Origin: Eledone cirrhosa
Taxonomy: Eukaryota
DNA: 64,000 nucleotides
Direction of reading: 5' to 3'
Assembly (NCBI GenBank): GCA_964016885.1
Contig: OZ024742.1
Span: forward strand, 47,802,001-47,866,000
Position 1 is the stretch's first letter, and each line of letters begins with the position of its first letter. Shown here one piece after another: positions 1-11,523 of the stretch. A program made the translations under genes and the position numbers. Under the pieces are notes generated by a model. That model worked only from the letters and a program-made list of their open reading frames with translations, did not search any database and had not been told where the DNA came from.

Positions 1-335
1 GAAACATTTGTTTCGCCTTACATCAACAGCATGTTGGATGCGCGAATTTTCGAATGCTTCGGTTGGTCTATGTGCAGCTGAGCTCCCATTGCCACAGATC
101 TCAACTGACTCTTCCCAACTCCCATAACCAACGGAGAATATTTGAGGGTATTTTTATATTGATCCTTGAAACGGAAGCTTAGAATATCCTCATCGCCATC
201 TTCTCTCTGCTTGGAGATACTGGATTCATCCATACATGAGATTCAAACATCTCAATTTTCTGTACCGTGTATTTTATTTTGGCATTTGATGTTGAGGTTC
301 CTACTCAAACAGCGCATGTGTTCAGTTTCTTGACC
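1..335 (-). mobile_element. Degenerate RTE-clade LINE fragment (C-terminal region after RT)
   Basis: Minus-strand translation gives HMRCLSRNLNIKCQNKI and FRFKDQYKNTLK, resembling RTE motifs H-x-RCLRRILxIxWQDKI and GRPxxRxKD; interrupted by stops and frameshifts. Confidence 0.55.
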
Positions 336-644
336 TAATTGCATTACCAAAGCTTGATTGCCATAAAAATAAATTGAAATGACTCGTGCCTGAATGTAAA
401 GAAGAGCCGGAGGAATAATTGCGAAGCATTTTGTCAAACCATTGTTCTAAGATAAGTTGTGATATTTTCTGTAACCTAAGTCATCATCCTAACATGAATT
501 TTGTTGGATGCGTACGGACGCTGTAGAATGAATAATGAGGCATTTAGCGGTTATTTTAAAACGTAGAAGAATCCAATTTTTTTCTAGGTCTAAGAAGACC
601 TGTTTCCTCCAGAGAATGAGAAAAGGATAACAGGAAGAAACGAT

Positions 645-780
645 CCCAGTATTGAAATGATACATTTTTTATCGACCTTAAACGGATGGAATGCAAACTT
701 CAGATAGGTGGGACTTGAAATCAGAGTGAATGCAGAGAGTCAGAACGAATACTGCAAAGCATTCTATCAGACTTCTAAGG
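645..780 (-). mobile_element. Diverged tRNA-derived SINE copy
   Basis: Aligns by eye to the SINE family at 1875, 2968 and 9372 (ttttatcgacc..ggatg..gcaaa..ttgaaatcaga). Confidence 0.55.
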
Positions 781-924
781 CAACGATGAAATGTAAATTT
801 GACTTCCTGGCCGTTTATGAATCTTATTGACTAATGCTCTAAGGTTTAAGCCTATATAGCGCTAGTTACTACGAATGATACTAGCAATGGTAATTAGAAA
901 GATAAAAAGAAAACATAAATATGA

Positions 925-1090
925 ATATGTATTTCTAATAAACACGAAATCTTTGGGGGAAGGCAAAGTCAATTAAATCCATTGAATTACAACAAATATA
1001 CTTATTTTATCGACCTGAGAAGATGAAAGACGAAGTTGGTACCATTGAGATTTGAATTCGGAATGGAAAGAAATTGATGTAAATAAATAC
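925..1090 (-). mobile_element. Diverged tRNA-derived SINE copy
   Basis: cttattttatcgacctgagaagatgaaagacgaagtt...atttgaattcggaa matches the family core. Confidence 0.55.
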
Positions 1091-1161
1091 CACAACAATA
1101 AACAAACAAACAACATCAACAACATGAGTAGATCAAAAAGCAACGCCATAATCATCCATCT

Positions 1162-1222
1162 AAGTAGCAGTAGCAACAGTAGTAGTATCAGTAATAGTAG
1201 TAGTAGTAGTAGTAGTAGTAGT
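1162..1222. repeat. (TAG)n microsatellite
   Basis: Direct reading. Confidence 0.9.
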
Positions 1223-1674
1223 AAAGACTCTAATGTGATTGCAAATTTCTCAACTACATAGCAACACAATCACTATTACCACTGAATGCCACGCCCTTCT
1301 ATCATCACAGACCACCGTCAGCATCCGATAGCATCCATTATTTTACGGCTATAATAATTTGCATGAGATAGCAACGGATTTTTAGCGAACGAGCTACCAG
1401 ATGGCAATTTATGTATTCACAGATGTCTTTCCTAAAATTCCCTATGGAAATAACGGAAGTTGGGCGAATGCGTGCTGAAGAAAACAAAAAGACTAATAAA
1501 CGAGTGTTGATAAAACTGGCGTTAACATTAACCACAAAAGACCGTTATGATTACAGTGTTAATTCATATTGGCAGCGATGCAGTTTTTGCTATTGCTTTT
1601 CTGCAATTAAGGGGTGGTATAAATTTGTACGTTTTTTTTCTTGTTTAACAACAACAGTATAAGGAACAGCTATA

Positions 1675-1737
1675 TAATTATTATTAGTAATAATAATAAC
1701 AACAATAACAACAATAACAGCAACAACAACAACAACA

Positions 1738-1766
<29 letters not shown>
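1675..1766. repeat. (AAT/AAC)n microsatellite
   Basis: Direct reading. Confidence 0.9.
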
Positions 1767-1768
<2 letters not shown>

Positions 1769-1871
1769 AAACTGGTGGTGATGAATATGATATTTATTAT
1801 TAGACAATGTTTTTCGATAAAATATTAAGCATGACTATGATTATAATACAGATAACATTAAATGATGATAA

Positions 1872-2050
1872 TAATTGTTTCTACTTTTGGCACAAAGCCG
1901 ACAATTACCCCAGAGCATTACTGGTTCTTTATTTTATTGACCCCGTAAAGATGAAAGGCACCGTTAACCTCGGCGGGATTTGAACTCAGAACTCAAAGGC
2001 CATAACTCTTTACTGTAAAGTATTATGTCTGACGCTCTACCGATACTGTC
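1872..2050 (-). mobile_element. tRNA-derived SINE (cephalopod type) with 3' tail, 5' end clipped
   Basis: Reverse complement holds box B GAGTTCAAATCCC and tail ggctttgtgccaaaagtagaaacaattat; several related copies in the window. Confidence 0.8.
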
Positions 2051-2051
2051 A

Positions 2052-2965
2052 TGGTTTCTTTAAAAGCCACACAGGGATTTCATTGAGAGCAGAATAAGGA
2101 CGCCACAGACCAGTACAGTGTCAGGGAAATGTTTATAAAGAAGACTGAAAATAACAATTTAAAATAAAAACATAACAAATTCCCCAACAGAGGGGATGTC
2201 TCTGAGAGTACTCATTGAGAAAGACCACAAAAAGCCGCTGTGGCAACATTGACCACTAGGGCAAGTTCCCTCTCTCAACTGTTCTCCAATTTACTGGCGC
2301 ATACTCAGTATATGCACATTCACTTGGACCATGCTTGCCTCTCTCACCTACGTTTCAACAAACTGGTTGGAAGCCAGTATTTCCCTCTCCACCCTGATTA
2401 TTCTCTTCAGTTAACTAATACTTTGCCGGAGAGGAAAGTGGATGTATTCAACAATTTCAAACGCATCTTACACATGACCTCTTTCGGCATGGCCACCTGG
2501 CAATTAAAAACTGGCCGTCTTTCCCCTCTAGTGTAACGGGTGAGGCGATATTCGCAATGGACGCCGTTGATAGCTGGATCCATCCCACACGTGACCGCAA
2601 ATGTTCTACATAAACGCACAGGCCAGCTATACTCAGATACTTGAGGAGTGCGTGCAGGCGGATTACGTATCCTGCGCATATGTCGCACAGGTCAGCCTGA
2701 TGTCATTTCCCTGTCTGTGGAGTTTATTTAGAACTGGCAAAACTCATCTGTAGCACTGCAAGGCCAGGGATTTCTGGAAGTTGTCCATGGGCTCTGAACT
2801 AATGATTCTTTGGAAACGAGTGGCTAGTTGATTTTCGTCGACCTATAGAGTCACCCAAGTATGTCGTCACATCTAGCCACCACTGAATCTCTATAGAAGG
2901 CTAAGGTATAGTTTCCACCGATCCCACTACCCGAATGGCTGAGGACTGTGAGCACTTGGAGATTA
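2052..2965 (-). mobile_element. 5'-truncated, degenerate L1/Tx1-like LINE (ORF2 C-terminus and 3'UTR)
   Basis: VAMPKEVMCKMRLK is homologous to VAVAKEVVWWTRLK of the copy at 24881-26973; shares 3'UTR motif aacaaattcccc. Confidence 0.75.
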
Positions 2966-2967
2966 AA

Positions 2968-3138
2968 TTGATTAAATCAAGCCCAGTTCATTGCTGGTGC
3001 TTTATTTTGTCGACCCCGTAATGATGAAAGGCAAATCTAACCTCGACGGGATTTGAACTCAGAACGTAAAGCACAATAACTCTATGCTACAATGCATGGT
3101 GTCTGACGCTCTACCGATTCTTCCAATCTACCATTTAA
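2968..3138 (-). mobile_element. tRNA-derived SINE, 3' tail missing
   Basis: Reverse complement has head ggtagattggaagaatcggtagagcgtcagac and box B gagttcaaatccc. Confidence 0.8.
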
Positions 3139-3724
3139 TAATATTTATGAAAAGCAATAAAACTCGTATTACCTTTTCAGGTGATAATGTTCATAATGAT
3201 GGGGATGACGTAGATGATTGTGGAGAATTCAAATGATTCATTTGCTGCTGGTGATGTTTATTGCAGTGGACCTTGATTTGCTTTTAAAGTCACCAATGAC
3301 TACAAAATGACGATATTTGTTAACTACATTCTATTAACTTAGTTTATATTCAAGTAGAAATAATGCTACAACGAAAAACGTGAACCCAATGCTGGGAGTA
3401 CATACAATGTCGACTCCTATTTGATATCTTTGAGATTGCGACATCGAATCTATGTAAGTATGTTAGTATTGCTACAAAACTCCTCAAATATTTCACATTA
3501 AACAGAGGCCCTCCGAAATGACATGTGTGTAACCACATCCACCAGAGTAAAGATAATAAAATTATTTTCAAATTATCGAAATATGTAATTAGTAGTTTTT
3601 ATGAGAATGTAGCTAAGGTTTTATGGGTTGATAACATTAAGAATCAATTAATGATTTATTAATAGAAAAATAATCGTAATCAAATTATATCAACTTATAT
3701 CAACACTATAGATATTTAAAAACG

Positions 3725-4205
3725 GAAAATGAAGGGAAGTGTAAAAGCTCTGAGAGGGTGGAGAAGGAAAGTGATGGGCTCTAGGCCAAAGGCGCGGTGG
3801 TGTTTGGAATTCTCCCCGCGGAAAAGACCGCAAAAGCATTTCCGTGGACAATGGCCAGCAACACCCGCTGCAACAGCCATCCCACCTCCCGGAGCTCCTT
3901 CCTCAGACAGACTGCTGACGTTCCGATATTGCGGAGGAGTTCGGCAGTGTGACGTCCAAGTAAGCCTGAGGTCTCGACGGCGAGTGGTGGGAAGAAGTGG
4001 CCGGACAATCTCCGATATTTATTTGTCTTCCTTTCTTCTGCATTATGGACCGTAGCACGGGTGTTTGTGGCTGAAACGCCTAATTTGGGGGTGGAGAACG
4101 TGTCATAACATATGGTGTCTCATATGAGGCATCTACCTCCTTAGAATGAGAAGAAAGTAATTCTGTCAGAGCATTGCCGTTTCCTGCGTCCAGGCTCCTA
4201 GATCT
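3725..4205 (-). mobile_element. 3' fragment of a CRE-clade non-LTR retrotransposon (restriction-like endonuclease domain)
   Basis: Minus translation GRCLI*DTICYDTF...AEERKTNKYRRLSGHFFPPLAVETSG...WLLQRVLLAIVHGNAFAV matches the CRE RLE pattern WDxTxxDT..AExxKxxKY..FxPxAVETxG..QRxxxAxxRGNA. Confidence 0.75.
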
Positions 4206-4365
4206 GTCTACGATGTTTAAAAAATTATTTCTACTTTGAATATTCAAATTATTATTTTGCCGATACGTCCAAATATTTATTGAAGACTTCAAAATACAAA
4301 TATTTTGAAACTCAATCAAATGCATCAACAGATACGGTTAACAACACTATTATTCTCACTCCCAC

Positions 4366-4369
<4 letters not shown>

Positions 4370-4422
<53 letters not shown>

Positions 4423-4423
4423 A

Positions 4424-4484
<61 letters not shown>

Positions 4485-4515
4485 CTCTCTCGCTCTCTTC
4501 CGCCCTCTCTCGCTC
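4370..4515. repeat. (CT)n microsatellite
   Basis: Direct reading. Confidence 0.95.
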
Positions 4516-5099
4516 CTTGCCTCAGTAATTTATAAAAGCAGATTTGAAAAATACTTTAAAATCCTTTAAATTGTTGGAAAACGAATACCCCCCCCCCCCC
4601 CCCCCACACACAAAAGTAATAATAATAATAATGAAATGGATAAAAGAAACTCTTGAAATACATTTTGCCTATTTTCCAGAAGATTCTAATGTTATTATAA
4701 TTTTGCTTCTACAGATATGAGCAAATTTTGTTTGGTACGTTTTACCAAATATCAAATAGTAAACATGAAACATACCACTTTTAAATCATACGTTGATTTT
4801 AAAAGTTCTACTATGAAATTCAATGTAAAATCACTTGTTTAACGAGCATGCATATTTCCGTATTAAACTGAAGTTCAATTATCTGCAATTAGAATATACA
4901 AAACAAACCATCCTATCAAATATAAACCTGCTGTAAATGACACACACTCCTGCTGACATACAACAGCATGGAACGAGTTGGTCTAAAATTTCTATTTTTC
5001 TTTTTTATTATATTAATAGACCATTATATTTCACGATAGAGTTACATCAACATACAGAAAAAGTGAGCAGTATTGGTAAGGACTCTAAAGGCTATAAAT

Positions 5100-5512
5100 G
5101 AGAGGAAAGAGATGGAAAGAACAAGGAATATTAGAGAAAGGATGAAAGAATGGGGGAAATGGAGTGGGTGACAGACATTACACCTAGGTCAGATCGATGT
5201 TTCGGCTACGGCCCACGGACAAATTGGCAAAAGCATTTCCCTGGACAATAGCTAGTGACACGCTGCAACAACCACCTCACCTCGTGGGTCTCCTTCCTCA
5301 GACGGGCTGATTTTACACAAGAGGTCAACTGTCTTGTGTCCGAGGACGCCTGAGATTTCGACGGCAACCGGTACAAAGGGGAGGCGGCTGAACAAGTTTC
5401 GGTATTTTCTTCTTCCTGTCATTTGCATTGCGAACGGCCGTTCCGGGGTTTGTGGCCGCGGTGACTAATTTGCAGGCGGAGAACGTGTCAGAGCAATTAC
5501 AAATTAAGCACA
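5100..5512 (-). mobile_element. Second, diverged CRE-clade RLE 3' fragment
   Basis: Colinear with 3830-4110 (gcaaaagcatttcc.tggacaat, tccttcctcagac, ggagaacgtgtca); translation CSDTF..KKK/YRNL..FVPVAVEISG..AIVQGNAFA with frameshifts. Confidence 0.7.
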
Positions 5513-5597
5513 TATTATATTATAAATGAATACATATGTAGTGTTCATTTATATGAAACCTACTTTATGTTTAACTTACAAATATGACTGAATTTCT

Positions 5598-5990
5598 TTA
5601 CCACATAATGCTTCTACAGATGTGATTTTCCACATTATATATCTACATATATTATATGCTACCTGATATCTCTGGAAATGTGATTTACCACATATTATCT
5701 CTACATATGTGATTTACCACATATGTCTACATATGTGATTTATCACATATTATCTCTACATATGTGATTTATCAGATATTATCTCTACGGATGTGATTTA
5801 CCACATATCTCTACATTTGTGATTTACCATATATTATCTCTACATATGTGATTTATCAGATAATATCTCTACATATGTGATTTACCACATATTATCTCTA
5901 CATATGTGATTTATCACATATTATCTCTACATATGTGATTTACCACATAGTATCTCTACATATGTGATTTAGTATCTCTACGATTTACCA
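5598..5990. repeat. Minisatellite, ~29-bp unit atgtgatttaccacatattatctctacat, about 13 copies
   Basis: Direct tandem repetition. Confidence 0.9.
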
Positions 5991-7098
5991 TTTGAGAATT
6001 TTACATACATTTCTTACATGTCTCAACAGATGACATTTTTAACCGAAAAACGAAAAGTTAAGGTGTGACATAACTTCGCAGAATATTTGAAGAAACTCTT
6101 TGTGGCGGTCACTCATTATTCATATTTTTTAATCCGTAGCATTATCAACCACAAACATTATTTGATCAAAACAATTCGAATATTTCCGCACTGAGAAAGA
6201 ATGCACTCACATTGTATCCCCATGATTAGGTGCAAACAAATACAAGATGAAACACTTTAAAAGTGCAGGAATATTTGACACATTCTTGATATAATGTGAC
6301 ATATTGGAATCGAGGTTTTATTTTTATTTTGTCATAGCTTTGCTTGGTCAAATCTTATCTCTCGCTAAGCAACTAAAACAGTAGCAGATATGAGTTTTAC
6401 ATTTAGCATATAGATAAGAGAGCTGAGTCCATTACTGTCTCCGTCCCAATATGTTTACAGCTGATCAATTGTAACTATTCAAATGTCACTGCCTCCGTTT
6501 CTCTGTACACGAGTGATTTGCAAAGCAAAATGCACAATACTTGCAAATTATTTATAATATTGTGCAAAGAGCATCAAGGAAAAAGGTCGCACGAGCTAAA
6601 CCATTTAGAAATTCTGCGTATATATCTTTAATATTGTCATATCATGGTTTCTAAAGTTATGGGTATACGTTAAATGACCTCTGGTTCCATAAGTATTTAC
6701 TAATACCAAATGACAAATAGAATTATTTTAAATGCGATAAATTGCACTATTTCTAAATCATACATTTACGTTATAGATTATTACTGTCACTATCAGTTCA
6801 ATCAGATATGTTTGTCGAGCAAGAATATTTCCAAAGTAAACAAAGTCGTTTTCAGTTATACATTGAGAGGAAAAAAATTGAAAACGAAATTACTACCAAT
6901 ATGTAATACAGGAAACATCAGCCACTGCAAATAAACACTATCTGATATTTCATACTAGAAATGGCGATGCGAAAATGATGCATCTAATGGCGCCCTGCTG
7001 TATGAAGAAAATATATACTCTTTGATTTAGCAAAATATGTAATCCCATTGCTCACTACATTAAATCCTGAATCTCATTCCGTCATTTTATAAACAAAG

Positions 7099-7170
<72 letters not shown>

Positions 7171-7643
7171 TGTGTAAAACGTTAGTACAGCTCCTATTAG
7201 TAATCCAACTTTATTTTAGGTATACGTTATGTACAGCAAACGGACTGTTTTGTCAAAGTGAAAAATATGACTAAAAGCTTAGCTGTGATTAATACTCAGG
7301 GCTGGTTAAATAATCCCTCTAACAATATGCTAAAAATAATCTGACTGATTTCAAAATGTTACTAATATTTTCATCGTTTCCACAGAATGACCTGAAAAGT
7401 TTTAATAATGTGTAGTAAACAATCGCATTTTGTTGCTGGTAGGTGGAATTTCTGAGTTGGAAGAGTTCTAATGTCCCATTAGTATAGTACTCCCACCTGG
7501 TCCATGCGGCAATTTGTTGTACAGACTTAGTTCAGCTCTACCCTATAAGGATATGAGCAGACTAGATAGTACTGTAAAACATCACATGTTTGTCCTCCTT
7601 CACTCTAAATACGCTTAGGAAAGTGCTGTAGTTTATGTCTACT

Positions 7644-7716
7644 ATGTATACTAAATGCTGTCTTATATTTTAATAAACACTATTTATTAAAATATAAGAC
7701 ATTATTTAGTATACAT
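7644..7716. repeat. 73-bp hairpin (34-bp arms, 2 mismatches, 5-nt loop)
   Basis: atgtatactaaatgctgtcttatattttaataaa-cacta-tttattaaaatataagacattatttagtatacat. Confidence 0.85.
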
Positions 7717-8346
7717 GAAAAACGCCTATTTTCAAATCATTTCTCATATTGATATCCGAAAATATTTGCTGATATTTCAAATGGAAAACAATTATTTGTT
7801 AATCAAACTTACAACGCCAGTATTTCTGACATATTGTTATTAATTCGAACAAATAGTTTGAATTCACCCAAAACAATTATACTGTCTTGGATTAAGTAAA
7901 TGAAACTGTGAACGTGCTCTAAATTAGATAGAATTATATTTAACATTTAGGGGCATATCGTTTATTTTACATCGTGTAACATATGCACTAATACTATTCC
8001 ACCTGCATTAAAACGAATGCTTGATTTTCTGTTAGCGAAATATAATGCTACGAGGAGGAAAACCAACAAAATCACATCAGGAAGTGAAACAAATAAGTGA
8101 AAGCAAAATTATAAAATATAATAACATATGAATATTTAGGTGCTATACAAATCTGAAACATTTTGCCGAAAGATAGATTATAGATAGGTATGTATATACA
8201 AGGCGCCATTATAGTTGAAATTTATCTAAATTTGTCATAAGTGCTTAGCGAAATATGTAAAATATTGAATGCACCCATGCACATCAATCAGATATCTCGA
8301 AGTGTTATAAGCACAAACAGGTACAGCGAAAAATCCACCCACCCAT

Positions 8347-8406
<60 letters not shown>

Positions 8407-8467
8407 GTGTGTGTATGTTTATATATATATATGTATATATATATAATATAAATATATATATACATTT

Positions 8468-8498
<31 letters not shown>

Positions 8499-8853
8499 AA
8501 GAGAGAGAGAGAGAGTGAGTAAGACAGAGAGAGAGGGAGGGAGAGAGAGAGAAATATATAGATATATTATGAGGATGGTACACGTCAGATTTGATATGAT
8601 TAAAATATTCTCTGACATTACGCTCCAATCACCGAGTTTTCCTTGCCTATTGTAATCTTCTAAATGTCTTGCTGTTCTCCTTCTGGCACACACACATACT
8701 CACACACTCAGCTGCACGAATTTACTCACACGTACACAAAGACATACACACATGTATATATAATATATAGGAACGAGTAGGACCCCGACGACTGAGCTCA
8801 AGCCGTTTCGACGGCTAATTCTGGACTAAATGAATATATATATATTCTGGACG

Positions 8854-8900
<47 letters not shown>

Positions 8901-8977
8901 AGGAGGTGAGTTTTATTGTAGTACAATAAAGCAATGCGCATAATAAAATACATGGAACTCTTTTAACCATCTTTTGT

Positions 8978-9046
<69 letters not shown>

Positions 9047-9365
9047 TATAAATAAAAATACAGATAAATTTACAGATATCTGCTGCCCATGTAAGCATCA
9101 TGCAGTGCAAATTGTTAATGTGTGTTGCTAGAATTAAGCTGGATATAGTCCTATTGTCTATGGAGGCAGTATATTCAAGACTTGCTCTTTCCTCTTCTAT
9201 ACATTGTGCTATAACAACTGTATACATGGACAATACAAAATACACATCCTCGCAGTAACTCCTAATACCAAATATTTTCATTTTCACGTTAATTTTTCAT
9301 AGATCTAATTACGCAGATAAAACCTCAGAAGTCTTGCCCCCATTTGACGTACAAATAATAGACAA

Positions 9366-9542
9366 TAATGATTGTTTTTACTTTTGGCACAAGGCCAGCA
9401 ATTCCCCCGTGCATTACTGGTACTTTATTTCATCGACCCCATAAGGATGAAAGGCAAAGTTAACCTAAGCGGGATTTGAACTCAGACCGTAAATAGGCGT
9501 AACTCTATGCTGCAAAGCATGACGTCCGACCCTCTACCGATA
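9366..9542 (-). mobile_element. tRNA-derived SINE with 3' tail, 5' end fused to a Tx1-like LINE 3'UTR
   Basis: Close to 1872-2050; box B gagttcaaatccc on the minus strand. Confidence 0.8.
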
Positions 9543-10303
9543 TAGGGGAAAATACAAAGACATGTGCAGTGGGGGGTTTACAATAAATTTGAGTAAAAAT
9601 ACACACTACATAACTAATGAAAAAACTATGAAAACTAAAATACATGAAATATAAACAAATAGATTCCCCAATAAGGGGGGGGGGGGCAACTCAGGTACCC
9701 CACCAATCCTGAAAGACCCGACGCTTCGAGGGCACCCGGGAAAAGCACCCCTCTCCTCAAGTTAACAAGCCTACAGCCGCATGGTTAGAGTAGCACCATT
9801 CAGGCGGGCCAGTATCGCCACATTCACCCACATTTTAGCAAATGTACTGAGGATTGGGAGTGGGAAGCAGCACTTTTCTCTCCACCCTCACCTTGCTTAC
9901 CAAGTAAAACCTTGAAAAGTTGATGGTAGATTTGCCGAAGAGAATAGTGTCTGTCTTCCGTCCTTTCAACCTGGTCCACCACCCAGCGTCTTTCGATACC
10001 GCCACCAGCCAAAGGAAAACTGCATGTCCTTCCCAGTCAAAAGAAGGCGGTGGAGCGATCTTCACTAAGGACACGGTCAATAGCTGGATCTATCCGACGT
10101 ATCTCCACAAATCAGTAATGCGCCGTCACTGGACGAGTGCGAGCAGAACGCTTTCGTCGTTCTGCTAGCATCTCTGGCAGGTCCATCTGACAACACATCC
10201 ATGCATGTAGAGTTTATTTCAAACCGGCAGTGCCCCCAGGTAGTACTGCCAAGCGAGAAATTTCTGGAAATTATCCATAGTGCCAGGCTCAAAAGACCTC
10301 CGG
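9543..10303 (-). mobile_element. 5'-truncated L1/Tx1-like LINE 3' portion
   Basis: ORF 9835-10080 (SLVKIAPPPSFDWEGHAVFLWLVAVSK..WWTRLKG) matches ORF 26338-26694; 3'UTR matches 26700-26950. Confidence 0.85.
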
Positions 10304-10935
10304 AACATAATATATATGTTTGTGTATATGTGTCTGAGCGTCCACCAATCTATGAGTCTAGAGAAAAAGAAATGATACATATTATGAACACTGAAAATGT
10401 TTCATACATCACAAATCCAGAGATATTATGTCCACAAATAATTACATGAGTAACAAAGAAGCTCATGTTTAATACATCACAACTGAAATAAAGAGAGGGA
10501 TATATTCACGCTTCAATTGAAATATACAATTTCCCTAAAAGAGAATTCATCTGTCTGCATGTTCATCCTATTTTTTTTGTAAGCCAGATAAATAAGACAT
10601 TACCAATGAAGAGGAAACTGAAAGTTTGATATTTAGTATATTTCCTTCATATGAGGGGGAATTATTTTGTTTTACTGTATTTACGTATGCGACATTTATC
10701 GGTTGGTGCACGCGGATATTGATCCACGGATATATATTTTAGTATATACATATATACCATTATGCATGCATATAGGTAAATACAGACAAGCACTGCATAC
10801 ACACATTCATCCCCCCACACATTCGCACATATAAAGGAATACACTCATATATATGTGTATATATTCCTGTTTAGATTGTTCCCTATTGTTTCGCTATATA
10901 GATATATTCATAAACAATCATAAACGACCGACTCG

Positions 10936-11031
<96 letters not shown>

Positions 11032-11079
11032 TGTGTGTGTGTGTATGCATATATATATATAAATATATGTATATATGTG

Positions 11080-11134
<55 letters not shown>

Positions 11135-11391
11135 TTGTGTATGCAAATATAAACAGAAATAACAAAGCAAAGGACACAGTACAATGAATAAACATATTAG
11201 TTTTGTACTCGATATAGAAGGAAAAGTTTCGTAACGTATCTGATGATTGTCTTCCATTAAAATATAGAATGAGACATTAAAGTAGAAATAGAAAGATAGA
11301 GGAGAGTGAATATAGCTAAATATATATTACCTTTTTTACAAAGGTGAGAATGGTCACCTTAAAAAAGAAAAATCAAATGTTCTTTCTGCAT

Positions 11392-11523
11392 TAGGCGGTG
11401 AATTGGTAGAATCGTTAGAACGCTAGTGCTTGTTTTAGCTCTCCGGCACCTGAGTTCAAATCCCGCCGTGATAATCATTGCTTTTCATGAGCTCGAGATA
11501 CATAAAAAAGCACCAGTCCAGTA
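11392..11523 (+). mobile_element. tRNA-derived SINE, sense orientation, with Pol III boxes
   Basis: Head ggcggtgaattggtagaatcgttag (box A-like) and gagttcaaatccc (box B). Confidence 0.7.

Noticed and set aside
3172-3299. Possible minus-strand exon bounded by AG and GTAAT
   Set aside because: Stops in all three frames; such splice-like signals are common by chance
5598-5990. ~29-bp repeats with internal dyad symmetry as a CRISPR array
   Set aside because: Head-to-tail units without unique spacers, eukaryotic context, no cas genes
11392-11470. tRNA gene
   Set aside because: Has A/B boxes but no cloverleaf, and continues into SINE body sequence
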